DNA of 63,233 bases, filler included, from Atractiella rhizophila (Eukaryota): the NCBI GenBank assembly GCA_021432655.1. It is 4 parts of 3 records of this genome, joined end to end, with 100 filler letters (N's around TTAATTAATTAA, not from the genome) between each part and the next. Parts side by side here need not be neighbours in the genome. Positions count along the whole stretch, not along the records: positions 12,655 to 37,059 come from MU271605.1; 3 more parts are not named here. One strand, written 5' to 3'. The notes below the pieces were generated by a model that was not told where the DNA came from, did no database searches, and worked only from the letters and a program-made list of their open reading frames with translations. Made by a program: the position numbers and the translations under genes. Numbering within the stretch: position 1 is the stretch's first letter; every line of letters begins with the position of its first letter. Below, in pieces: positions 12,655 through 25,719 of this stretch.

Positions 12655-13971
12655 GACGTTATCAAAACTCGTCTCCAGACTCAACATGTTGCTGAACCGC
12701 TCTTTTCCCCTTCATCGCATCTGCGTACCATTCCCTCTGAGCCATCGACGTCAAAAGTCACGCTCAGCACTACCTTGCAACCTGCTGCCGTCTCCGCGAC
12801 TTCGAATCCGACATGTTGTCGCACCACATTCTTTTCCACAAACCTCAACTCTAACTCCTTAATATGCAAATTCGATCCACGGATAATTCCGCCTGCTTCT
12901 TCGCCCGCGTTCAACATCGCAGGAACCGCAAGCTCAGCCCTCTCTAAAATCGCTACGAAGCCTGTCCCAGTCCCTCCAGTTGCACCGTCACTTCCTGTTT
13001 CCGTACCTACCAACGCTTGTGTCTTCCCCAATCCCGAAACTGCAGAGCTTGTTCTCATGCACGAGAGCCCGCCTCGACTTTCTGGACTGGGGCACGCATT
13101 CTCCACTATCCTGAAGACCGAAGGACTCGGGACGTTGTGGAGAGGTGTTGGAACAGCCTTGGCGATTAGTGTACCCAGTCAAGCGATCTACATGGTCGGG
13201 TACGATTGGCTACGGTATCGACTCCTACATGAATGGCGACCGTCATGGTCGATCAATCAAAAGGGAGGAACAAAGAAGGGCTATGAGACCCTTTCCGTCC
13301 TTTTCGCAGGATCGTTCACTAGAAGTGCTATCGTGACCCTCTTCTCCCCTCTAGAATTGATACGGACAAGGTTACAGTATCAACCTCATGAGAATACTTG
13401 GGGTGAGATTATTCGGACTGCGCTGAGAGATCAAGCGAACGGTGGCAGGATGAGTGTGTGGAGTTTATGGAGAGGCTTACCGCCGACACTATGGAGGGAT
13501 GTACCTTTCAGCGCGATATATTGGGTCGGGTACGAGACGTTGAAGAAGAGTTTGACAGGGAAGGGAATGGGAGAGGGGTGGAAGGACGAGGAGATGGGAA
13601 AGTCAAGCACTCTGAACGGGTTTGGGGTCGCGTTCGTTTGTGGCGGTGCGGCAGGAATGGTGCGCGTTTCCTGTTTGTTTGGTTCGTTCGGACGCGCTAA
13701 CACTGGTTGACAGTTTGCTGCTACCTTGACGAATGCCTTTGATGTCGTGAAAACTCGTCGACAGGCGCTGTCTCACTCCGTTGTCCCCAGTAATGGTATG
13801 AAGGCGGACACCACCACCTTTGGCATCATCCGCGAGATCTTCAGGACTGAAGGCATTGCTGGATTACAGCGAGGTCTCAGTCCAAGACTGGCGAGGGTCG
13901 GACCGGCCTGTGCTATCATGATTGGGAGCTATGAGGGATTGGGAGGATGGTTAGAGGAAAGATTCAAGTAA
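12655..13971 (+). CDS. MTM1: Mitochondrial carrier, MTM1/SLC25A39-40 type; 5' end missing
   Basis: Carrier signatures DVIKTRLQ, PLELIRTRLQ, FDVVKTRRQ; EG..TLWRG, LWRDVPFSAIYW, PACAIMIGSYE. Confidence 0.85.
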
Positions 13972-14566
13972 GATCTGTCAATACAGATTCACCATACCTA
14001 GACACTGCTCAATTATCATGTTCCTCATTTATCCCCTCGGCATCGAAAGCATCCCTTGCTCTTTCCTCCTTCCTACCGTAAAGCCTATCAGATATTTTCG
14101 TTGTTGGAGTTTTGAGATGTTCAAGGTCACTGATGCTGTGCTTCTGTCATTCTATTTCTGTGGATCCTCCTCATGCACACTGTATACCGTATGCTGGCTT
14201 CTACGAGATTCTTTCGCTGAAACCAGAAAGAACCAGGAAAGGGGAGCATGAAATCAACAAGACCCTAACCCTAGGGACAACTGCAGATCAAGGTCCGCCA
14301 TTGGTTCGCCACCAAGCCTGTTTGGTATCGCAACAAAGGTCTACTAGATTTCGCTCAGGAAGTGACAAAACGGAGGTGTTATAAGAGAAGGGTGTGTTCG
14401 ACCTTGCAGTTTCGGTGGCGAATTCTAGGTGTCATTGCGGGCTTCAATCGTACCATCTGGCTAATCTTGGTGAGTAAACAATTCATTTCCTCCGACAAAG
14501 TCAAACGGGTTCCCTTTCCTCAGATTTCGAGTAATATCCTCGTTTCTACGCTTCCTATCACTCGCC

Positions 14567-16745
14567 ATGAAGTCACTCAACCTTCGTCGTTCCCTGAACA
14601 AGGACAAAATCTCTTCCCCGTCTAATTTCCAGTCGACATCTCCGGTCTATTCCTCCGCCGCTGCCCCTTCCCTCATGTCCCTTCCAAGTGGTACCCCAGC
14701 TTCTCCTCCCGCAGTCGGCCCCTATACACCAGCAGGCGTCTTAAACGGAATGATGGGGAAACCAAACGCGAATCCAAAACGTGTGATTAAGGCAATGAGG
14801 AACTATCAGGCGCGATCACCTCGGGAACTCAACTTTTCAATTGGAGACTTTTTCCACGTCGTGGCGGAGGTACCAGGGAATGGCCCTGATGGTCAAGGAT
14901 GGTTCGACGCCTCGAATCCCTTGTCCGGTGCACGGGGTCTAGTTCCAATGAGCTATTTCCAAATTTTGGGTAGGAATCTGAAGGAGAATGAGATGATGGC
15001 GCAGAAGATGAACAGTGCAGGTGGCGGAATGGGCCAGACAGTGCCTCCTCTCGCTTCCCCTCCGCCCCAAGCCCAATCTTTCAACTCGCTGCCTCCTCCT
15101 ACAAACAACAAATCTCAGTTCCCTCCCTATACGAGCACATCGGCTCCTTCTATCCCTGCTAAAGCGTCGGGTCCTCAACATCAACCGCTCTACGGAATTG
15201 TTCAGTATGACTTTGTAGCCGAACGTGCGGACGAGCTGGACGCGCGAAAAGGGGAACCACTGATCATCATTGCCCAATCTAACCACGAATGGTTCGTTGC
15301 CAAGCCTATCGGTCGACTAGGTGGGCCTGGCCTGATTCCTGTCGCCTTCGTCGAAATTAGAGATAGCGTAACGGGACGAAAGATTGAGCGTCAGGATGTG
15401 GAAGAGCTGATGAGGAGTGGAGGTGTGTTACCTAAGGTGGAGGATTGGAAGAAGAAAGCGGCGGAGTATAGGAGCAGGAGTATTCCTCTCGGGAAGTTTG
15501 AGTTTGAAGGAACTACTCCCGTTAGTGTGGGAGGAGTTAGTGGGGCAACGCCTATTCCCACCGCTTCACCTCTTCAGACGCAATCCTCGGTCGGACCTTC
15601 TCCAGCCCAAATGTACCAGCAGAACGGTGGTGCGTTTTCTATCTTTGTCCTTCCGCATGGCTTAGGAAATCGTGATAGCTTCGGCTAGCACCTCACGAAC
15701 AAGTTACACCAGTCAGCATTCTCCAGTGACTACGTCATTCTCTCAGACCTCCGTCGCTTCCTCAAGCGGTGGTGCACCTCCTCCTTTCCCACTGCTCGCC
15801 AGTGCGACTGTAGACTCCTTCCACCAAGAAGAGGGTTCCTTCTGGTTCCACGTTCGTGCCAAATTCGAAGATGGTCGCAACTTTTTGCTCTACCGCTTGT
15901 ATGAAGATTTCTACGACTTCCAAATCGCTCTGATCGATCGCTTCCCTTACGAAGCTGGAAACGGCGAAGATATCATTGACGGTAAGGTGTACAAGAGTCA
16001 GAGGATCATTCCTAGGATGCCTGGCCCCGTCGAAAATGTGGATGAAGAAGTATGCTCGCAGCGAGCTCAAGATCTCGAGTTTTACTTGAATGAACTGGTG
16101 AAGCTACCTGATCATGTCAAGAAGGATATAGTATTTGAAGAGTTTTTGGATCTTCGCGAAGGTGATGTGGAGATGGACCAAGGACCGAGTTTGAGGAAGT
16201 CGCCAGAAGATGAGGGGGATGGGCTTATGAACTTTTTGGAAGAGATGGTTAATGGCAAGAAGTCGGATAAGGAGGAAAGCATCAGGTCTCTGGAGAGTGG
16301 GGTGCAAAGCATGGGCCTTTCCTCTACGGACGATCACTATGACGACAACTCGCGATCCCAACCCATGTCTCCTCAAAGTTCGGCAGCTCTGCTAGCCTCC
16401 CCACCTACAAACAATGGCAGAACTTCGTCTTGGAATTCTACTTCTACTTCAGGAGCCCCAACCAACTCCAATGCCAGCAATCCCAACATTCAGCAAGGGT
16501 ATATGAAGATCAAGATCCTTCATCGCAATACTGATGATCTCATCGCCATTCGAGTACCTTCCAATGTCACCTTTCCAGAGTTGTTGGCCAAAGCAAAGGA
16601 GAGGTTAGGGAACGAAGTTACAAAGCTTTCTTTCAAAGAAAATGAGGGAGTGTCGGCGAACGGAAGATTCATCCCTCTAACGAATGACAGGGACTTGGCA
16701 TCGTGGGCGAACCGAGCAGCAAAAATGATCCTTTATGCGGATTGA
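14567..16745 (+). CDS. BEM1: Polarity scaffold Bem1/Scd2 (SH3-SH3-PX-PB1)
   Basis: SH3-1 (ELNFSIGDFFHV...GLVPMSYF), SH3-2 (YDFVAERADEL...EWFVAKPIGRLGGPGLIP), PX (YRLYEDFYDFQIAL), PB1 (KIKI...DDLIAIRVP); one intron near 15630-15680. Confidence 0.93.
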
Positions 16746-17726
16746 GGTGAGGGCAGCACGAGTACTTTCGGTTGTTCAGCTGTATGTCCTGTTCTGATAT
16801 TTAAACGTTTGGTGGAGAACTGATACTAATTGGTTTTACAGGTTGTGATTTCATGCTTGATTATAGTCACCTGGCTAACAGGTTGTGTTTCCTTCCTCAT
16901 TCTTATCTTTCGAGCTATGGTTTAGCGGCGCAATATCACCGTTCTGGTTGTACTTCCGTCCGAACGATCCAGCTCCTTCGCACATATTCACACAAAGCTT
17001 GTTCGGTTTTGGTCGCTCAAAATACCTGGTCTTCATGCTCAAGCGGCCTCTTTTAAGCCGTCCCTCATTCCGTTGAAAATTATAGACTTACATTGTGTCG
17101 TTTCAATCTTTCGCCCTCGAACCTGTCCAGCTGATTTGATATTCTATTGCAGATCTTTCGACTTTCATTGTTTGAAGTTCTCACCTAGGTTCTGACTTTC
17201 TTTTCACGATTCCGTTCTTCTCTTCTCTCGATTCGATCGCATGACTATATATCGACATTTTATTCTTCTTTGTTCCTTGAAAGGCGCCCGAAAGCGCCCT
17301 TGTGATTTTCGAACAGACGTTGAAACCTGCAGTATTCCAACCAGTCGAAGCTCCACACGCTCGTTTCCAGCTTCTTCTCGAATTCTTCTCTGTTCGCCTA
17401 TAGCCTGTATTGCTGCCTTGTCTCACTTCCGTCTGGGAACTACTACCTTGTTAGCTTTAATGTACAATCATCATTTACAGCAATGGTCTAGCTAGTTACA
17501 ATACTGCTGGTATATCGCGAAGCCCTTAAATAGGTCCCAAAATATGAATATGAGGCATTGTGAAGGTACCCAGCGCGACTATGAATGATGAGAGCGATGG
17601 AGCAATAAATGATATGTGCAACGAATGGTCCGTCATCTATGACTATACCAGTTCTATTCTGACTTGCACCATCTCTATGAGCAAGTAAGAGTGTACCAGT
17701 TCCACCCTGAGCGGCATGGGTTCTAT

Positions 17727-19639
17727 CTATGAGCAAGTAAAGAAGTCGAGAGCCTGGTTGGCCGCAGCGGTTTGAGGATAGAACCAGACGGCGAGAGCGA
17801 TGAGGGTGTAGATGGCGAGAAGGCACCAGCCGGAGAGGAAGGTGGTTCGTCCTGCCTGAATCACTTGGGTGGTGACGAGGACTCCGAGGAAGAGGGAGAG
17901 GGCTTCGAAGGGATCGAATAGGAGGGAGAGCGGTTTACCGATGACCCAGCCTATGACGACTCTATTTCACAGACGAATGTTAGTAATGTTCAAGTTTTGA
18001 GGATATGGGGGAATACGAACAGGAGAGGGATGACGAAAACGCTAATTTGAATGCCGGATCCAATAGCGATTCCCATGCTCAAATCCATCCTTCCCTTCCA
18101 CGAGGCCGTGATTGCGCTCCAATGTTCAGCGGCATTCCCGACGATGGGCAGCATGATGAGGCCCACAAACTCCTGTGAGATGCCTCCCTTCTCGGCGAAT
18201 CCATTGATCGAATCGACCAAGAACTCGCTCGTGAGTCCCACGAGACCGGCGACGGAGGTGAGGAGGAGGGCGATGAAGAGTTTATTGAGTTGCGGCTGCT
18301 CCTCTTCCTCCTCATCCACCTTCACCACCTCATCGCTCCTCTTGGCCTCCCGATTGATCTGATCGATGTTACTCGCCACGCTCCTCATCAGGTAAATGTT
18401 CTTGAACATCTTGACCTTGTATCCCTCCTCTGGAGGACGGAAGGATTCACCGGGACGCTCTTCGTCGTACAGGAACTTGTGCGTCTTCAGTTGAGAGAGC
18501 AGGTAACCAAAGTAGATGAGGATTAGGATTATAGACGTCCCCCTCGAGATCTTCAGCAGGTCAGGCTTCTCGGTCTCGTCCATTATGGACGCATCAAAGG
18601 CGGCGTGGAATCCGAACGGGATGAGCACGGCTATCAACTCCGTGAGTGGACGGGTTCTGAAGGTGAGAGTGATGATGGACATACACGTTACGGCCATGAA
18701 TAATATTGTTCCGTTCAACTGGGCAGCTCCAACTTTAAAGTACAGCTCGCTGAATCGTGCTCCGCCAAGGAACAGGCAGCAACCGAGGACGAGGAGAATG
18801 TTTGAAAGGATGGAGCCGAGGAGTGAGGACTGGACGATGCGGAGTTCACATTTCACAAGGGCGAGAATGGCGACAATGAGCTCGACAACGTTTCCTATTA
18901 CCATCCACCGATAGGTATATCAGCTCATTACACAGTAGAGCCGGGAATAAAGGACGAACCAAGCGTAGCATTCACTAAACCTCCGATGGTAGGACCGACG
19001 CGCATTGTGAGCTCCTCAGTCCCGAACCCGAGGAGGGAAGCGAGAGGAATAATCCCGAAGAAGCTCGTCACTTTCAATCCACCACCACAGCCCTTCAGCA
19101 CCCGGATCTTTCACAACGTAAACAAAAAAGAAGGACTCACAGAAAACCGCAGTATCTCCAACTTTAGCGAAATGCAATGCCCACGAGATGGGGACAAAGA
19201 TGATTAAAACGTTCAAATAATTGCTCTTGAGGATAGCCATCGCGCTCTCCTTATTCGACGGTTCCTTCCACTCCCTCTTCCCGTGACCACCTCCACCTCC
19301 ATCCCCATTCTCTCCTCCATCTCCATCTCCCACACCTCCTGGACCCGTCGGAGTGACGGGAGAGAATTCGGTGGGCAATTTGAAGCTCGTCCCGCTCGGA
19401 CTGACGGGCGTGAGGATGAGTTCTGGAGTGGGAGCCTCCCACATCGTTTTGTCGGACGTGGAAGCTGCGGAAGAAGTGGCGGAGATGGAGGAGGCGGAGG
19501 ATGGTGAGCGGTAGTGGCCAGGGGAAGGGATGTAGAGCGGTCCGAGACGGGTTGTGGAGGGCGGCGGGACTTTGAGTAAGGTGCCATTGGACGAAGTTGG
19601 CGGACTGTTGGTGCTGGGATCGTTGGAGGTGGTAACCAT
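17727..19639 (-). CDS. VCX1: Vacuolar Ca2+/H+ exchanger (CAX family), multi-exon
   Basis: GNVVELIVAI, SSLLGSILSNILLVLG, acidic EEEEE loop, LPIVGNAAEH, GSGIQIS. Confidence 0.9.
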
Positions 19640-20674
19640 GGCTCGTCGTAAGTTAGCTGAACAATCGTGAATAAATCAAGAGTCAAATAATAAGTCGAGA
19701 GGAACTAATGCTCACTTTGAGCTGGGCTTGTGCTTTTTTCTCGACAAGGGTTGTGTTTTTAAAGGACAGGGCAGTGGCGGGACTCCGGCCGGCAGTGAAG
19801 CGGTGGGATGAAACGAATGCAAATACGCAGAACGTAGACGGCGTCGTTGGCGTAATGGCTGCGAATGGTCTATTGCAGCTACGCGCCTAACACCTGACAC
19901 GTCTAGCCTGCGAGTCGACTCTGCAGTGTGAAATGTTTGTGTGTGGAAGTTGGACGACTGTTGAAGACTGGGGATTAAGGTTGTGGCGTTTTGAAATCCA
20001 ATGTTCGCCACGGAACCTAATAATATCTGCTTCCTGAACACTAAACATGTTTTCATGCGCTGACATACACCGAAGCAAGCTAACACTAGCGTGGTCAATG
20101 CCAATGTCACTGTTATTATTATCCCAGGAAATGTACATGTAACTGCCAGCTTGCCACTCAGCCCTGTACTCGAACTGAAGTCACACATCCGATTATCCTG
20201 CCAACGCGCCAGCCGACGGCTCGCGGTCCTGCGCGATCACGGAGGCTACACGCACGCCTGAGGCCTCATTTAAACCCACCCAATCCCTCAAACGGGGCAT
20301 CAACTTCTGAAGAAGAAGTATTACTAGTATGGATGTTGCTCAGAATTTCTTGCACACGAGGAGTGCGTTGTGGGTGAAGCTCCTGTGAGTTTCGGTTCCT
20401 ATAAAGAACAGTGAGGCCATCCAATCAGAGGAGACACGTTTCAAGGCGTAGTTCTCGTGAAAGCAATACTTGATACATTATCTTTTGCAAAGACAGAAGA
20501 GATCGATGCTGCATCAAAGCGAAGGTCTCAAAGGCCAGAGATGGGCATTAAGCCTGTTAAGCAACACAATATTAGTCGAAGGAGCTACATATTACATGAA
20601 CTTCCATCATATATGTGGTTTAGAGGTGATATAATGCGACGTCTAAAACAAGACGTGGTCTCTTCGGAGGTTCC

Positions 20675-23226
20675 ATGTCGCACTCAATTCTGCATTATCC
20701 TCTCTCCCCCATGCGTGCCTTCCCAAGAGATCAGATCTCTAACTTCGATGTCAGCGCCGTCCCAGTAACGCTCTACCTCTTCCTCCGCGTCTTCGTCGCC
20801 CTCCGCTGGCGCCTCGCATCTCTCCGCACCCTCCCAGGCCCTCCATCGTCCTCCTTGATTTGGGGAAACCTCAAGGAGATCCTCGCTGAAAGCCCTGGAG
20901 CGCCACATCTCCGTGTACGTCTTCTTATAATGTTCTCCCCCTCCTCCTTTTCGCCGTTCGTCCTTGACAATTCTGTGGACTGTTTGCGTGTTACATTGGA
21001 TGAGAGGCTGATGGTTTTGAATGGGTCATAGTGGGGGAAACAGTACGGGAAGGTGCTCAGGTATCATGGGATGTTGGGCGTACGTTTCTTTTTTCCGAAA
21101 AAAAATGCAAATAGAAGAACTGAACGGCCCATTACGGTTGTAGGATTCCAGACTTCTCGTCATGGACCCCGTGTCTCTCCATCACATCTTGACATCGAAG
21201 GGATACGAATACCCGAAGCCGAATGAAATGAGAGGGGATCTCAAGAGGATGTTCGGGGACGGAATCTTATTTGCAGAAGGTGCGATCTTTCCTTCATTCC
21301 ACTCGATTAATCCGTTGACGACCTGGATGAATCGCAGGCGACGATCATCGCCGTCAGAGGAAGATTATGAACCCTGCCTTCTCGGCAGGACACCTCAAAC
21401 AACTCGTACCTACCTTTTTCGACAAGACGATGAAGGTCCGTCCGTCCCCTCAATTCTTATCAATCCTTCGGATTGACGTATAAACGCTCCGTACAGTTGA
21501 GAGATCAATGGTTCGACCTTCTCGCCGCCGGGAAACACGATGATGCCCAGCCGTTCCCGAAGGGAATGGACGCTGAAGGAGAAGTAGAGAAGGATGGAGT
21601 CGTGATCGATATTTTGAAGTCTCTCAACAAGGTCACCCTCGACATCATTGGCGTTAGTACGTCCATACCTCCTTTCTCGGGTTAATTCGATTCGCTGAAA
21701 TGCTGAATGGATAGCTGGTTTTGGGTACGAGTTCGACGCGTTGGAGAATGACGATTCGCCTTTGTATCACGCGTTCAGGACGATGTTGTGCGTTTATCCG
21801 TCTCTTCTTCACGAATGTGTCGTAACGACTTGTCTTCCCTTCCCACAGCCCAATGACTCGTCCCGCCTCACCATCCCGCTTCATGCTCTTCATCATGGTC
21901 CTACGAATGTACGCTCCATTCCTGCTCCGCATGTTCCCCACAGAGGTTGGGAGACAAATGAACGCGGCGACGGAGTCGTTGAAAGTGCAGGGGATGAAAT
22001 TGATTGAGGAAAGAAAGGAGGAGGTGTTGCAGGAGAAGGGAGGGAGAGATTTAATTAGCTTGCTCAGTTCGTCTCCTGCGATCTGATTAGTGGAGTAAAT
22101 CAATGATTCTTGGGATGTACAGTTAGGGCGAATGTGGAAGCGAAGAAGAAGGGGGATAAGAAGGCTTTCATAACGGACGCTGTAAGCTGTATTCTGCTTC
22201 TTCTCGCTTTTGCGGTTCTCATGACGATTGTAGGAATTGTTGGGACAAGTGATGGTAAGCTTCACTCATAATCCCATCAATCATTGCTCAAGTTGAATGA
22301 TAGACTTTCCTTCTGGGTACGTCGACATTCGTACACATCCGACATGATACCGATGATCTGTGCAGCCGGTCACGAGACGACGTCAACCACAGCGACCTTT
22401 ATGCTGCACTACCTCTCTCTACATCCCGCAGTGCAAAGCAAGCTACGAGCTGAAATCCTCGCTTCGCGCTCCAGCATCACACCAGATTCCGATCCTGAGA
22501 TCCTCAACGCGCTTCCCTATTTGGACGCTTGCTGTCGCGAGGTCTTGCGTCTGCGTTCACCCGTTTCAACGACTTTCCGATCAGCAGCACACGACGATGT
22601 TGTTCCGATGTCGGATGGGTCGAGCTTCAGGATTACGAAAGGAAGACAGATCGTCATCGGCATCGATGGTTTCAATAGGGCCGAAAGGGTTTGGGGAAGT
22701 GATGCCGAAGTTTTTAGGCCTGAGAGGTGGTTGGAAGGCGAAGCAGGAAAGAGTGATGGTGTGACTACAGGTGTTTTTGCTGGTTTGTTAACGTTTTTGG
22801 AGGGTGAGCCCGAACGAGCCTTTCTCCACTGGACTACTCTAACGCACGTATAGGTCCAAGGTAAGCCCGAGCGATTCGCCTTGCGTGCTGATTGAGCCAA
22901 CGTTTCTTCATCATCAGGTCATGCATCGGTAAGGCTCCTTCTATTACGCAAAGCTATCGCTCAACCAAGAGTCCAGGGTATCGCTTCGCCATATGGGAAT
23001 TGAAGGCCATCATCTTCAACTTGATCGCGGAATTTGAATTCAGCCCCCGTTCCAAGGACACGGAAGTCGAGGCCAGAAGCATGCTTGTTACTCGCCCTAG
23101 GTAGGCTCCATTCACTGAAAATCCAAAGCACAGGCTGCATATTTATCTGACCTTTTAAACAGGATCGTCGGAGAGCCAGAATTAGGGACCAGATTACCAT
23201 TGCGTGTCAGGAAGTATGTTGGTTAA
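20675..23226 (+). CDS. Cytochrome P450, many introns including micro-exons
   Basis: PGPP, I-helix AGHETT, K-helix EVLR, FRPERW; heme motif FLEGPRSCIG assembled from micro-exons. Confidence 0.92.
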
Positions 23227-23721
23227 CACTCACACGTTGCGCTCCATGATATGGCCTGTCAGAATGCAATAATGGCTCAATTTCTTCGCATAACACCTGC
23301 GAAAACAGGGGAGAGCATTCGGTGCATGAATAGTACACTGTCAACAATGCATTTGCTATAGATTGGCGGGGCTGAGCGGACCTAACGGTGCTACATTTGA
23401 CTGAGTTCATGCAAATGTATCAGTATCAGGAAGTGAATTCTATATGTTAATATAGCTTACAGCGGTGGCAACCAGAAATTCGTAGAACATTCAAGAAAGG
23501 TAAGGAGTTTTCCAAACCGAATGGCACAAATCGAAATTGAAAACCCAACAACATTCCCCAAACCTAGGGAGTAGTCGACACTTTTGCGTACTAGTAGATG
23601 CGTGACTACCATGAACTACCGACATATCTGTGCGTTCCACATAGATATAGTAAGCGAACGCCACCTTTGCTGCTGCTCTCCTATAGTCTCTTCCTCATCT
23701 CCCGACACAGATCGGACAACT

Positions 23722-25719
23722 TCAGTTCGTCGGTGTCGTGAAGCTCACAACCTTCGAATCGAAATGTTTGCATAGAGTTGATGGCCTTTCTGTAGCATTC
23801 TTCTCCCTACTCGAAAGCTTGGGGGTACTGGAGCAGTATCCGATATGAGCTGCGACGGCTTTAAGCCATAGGTCAAACTCTGTCCAAGGATAAATTTCTT
23901 CTTCGGTCTGTTGTAGCTGTAGCCAAACACGAGGGCATCCTTCGGTGAGGGAGAAAGTAAGATATGTATCGTTCCCTTGTAGTCGCTGATAATCCTGTAA
24001 CGTAACCGCAAACGGTCGCTGGGTGGATCTGCGGACAGCCCCATAGAGCGGCTGCCGTTCATGATCGATCGTGAAACGTAGAACGGTATTCCTCTCTCTA
24101 TGCGCTTTCACGAACCTGACGGTAGACAAAGCCAAAAGGATGTCCTGGGCCTGAGGAACAGATTGGACTGACGGTGTGTGCTAGAATAAAACGACAGTTA
24201 GGCCTGTCCAAGCTAACCGAAAATAAAATCGTGCCTTCACGCTGTTAAGCATGTCCGAAAGGATCTTCCCATTCTGTATTCCGCTTCTATCTTTGTTGAA
24301 TTGTATCGGCAACCCGACTGCATTGGAAGATTCCGGCAAGTTGGCCATGCTGCTTCTAGTCACTTCTGTGGCCGTCGTAGCTGCGGATGTATTAAACGGT
24401 AGATTGAATCCTGACGTGGTCGAAGAACTTGACTCGGCTTGGTGAGGGAAGTGGCCTGGGCTCATGGTATTGTACGTGTTATAAGGATTGGTTCGGATTT
24501 CGTCAGGGAGAGGCATGGCATCTGATTGATCCGAGAAATACAAGCACAGTACTAGTCGGAGTTCAATTAGCAGGTAGGTGATGGAGGACAGTGATTACTT
24601 TTCCCCCCGTCTTCTTGGTGGAGGTGGTATTGGTTCCTGACGAGCAAAGCAATTGCTTGTTCCTGGGTCCAGTCGTCCGGTATAAAATTCCAATGCGCCT
24701 ATGGGTTAAATGAAGTTGAACTTGGTAAGAAAGATAAGAAAAACATACAGCTGCACACAAGGAGCTCAAATCATCGTCGGAGGCAATAACGAATTCAACA
24801 AGGTTTTGCACCGGAGTTGAGCGGGACCGAAGGAGAATATCGACATAAACCGTCATCATCGCCTTCAAAAGTATGTCAAGGGCATCATGTATGTTTCCTG
24901 TCAAATCTTCGGCCTTAACCAGATCTGCTTTGCGTGCCTTGATTCGACTCAGAAACAACGTGTATTCTCCAAAGGTGAACTCAGGTGAGTGTATGCCTAG
25001 AACTCTATTACTGTTCGATCGATAAATGTTGAAAACATACTTGTTTGCTTCGGTCCAACTTGGGCCCTCGCTCCCTTGACATTGACTACGCAACCGTCAC
25101 TATTGAGGTCGACTGATTGGTGGCTCTGGGTAAAGACGGCTGCCGAATACTCGAGGGCTTTAACTATGCCAGTAACCAAGCAAATCCCGTCTTCTGCTTT
25201 CTGCGACGACAGAACAAAGCGCTTGAAGTGTTCCATAGCGGATGATCTATCCTGGACCTGAAGGCGTGTGGCACCGGAATTGGTGACAAGAAAAGCTGCC
25301 TGTTCAGATTGATTTTCGAACTTGGTCGTCCCAGAACTGAACATGAAATGTTGCTTAGTACTTCCAAAGTCAAAAGATCAGATAAGAACTGACACAGGGA
25401 GAGGCGGAAGATTGATTCCCTCACGACCTCTTACACAGCCATCACTACCATTGACCACCATGCTCTTGACCCGAATTTTCCCTGCAAACTTGGGCACTCC
25501 AGCCTTTAAGACCGACGCTTCGATTCTCCAGTCCAATCTATCGTTGTACTCTTCAAGTAGTTGAGTTGCTGTAAATGTCCCGTTGGTGCAGTAGCCGATA
25601 TCCCCGATTTTGCACTCCCTGTAATACTGACCATACAGAGTCATTGGGTTCGACAATGGAAAGTGGTCTGAAGAACAATACATATACGTTTGATAGACGG
25701 TGGATGGCGTCGATGACAT
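23722..25719 (-). CDS. Putative fungal gasdermin-like protein, copy 1 (N-terminal domain, S/T linker, unknown C-terminal domain)
   Basis: FPLSNP..KIGDIGY..NGTF; AAFLVTNSGATR; ICLVTGIVKA..YSAAVF; YTLFLSRIK; DALDILL..FVIASDDD. Spliced; family call is by motif recognition only. Confidence 0.55.

Noticed and set aside
14262..14276. ACCCTAACCCTA telomere-like motif (also TTAGGG near 59608)
   Set aside because: Only one or two units; may be a promoter telobox but cannot be told from chance.
11947..23226. Two P450s as a secondary-metabolite cluster
   Set aside because: No backbone enzyme in the window; they are separated by housekeeping genes and a contig spacer.
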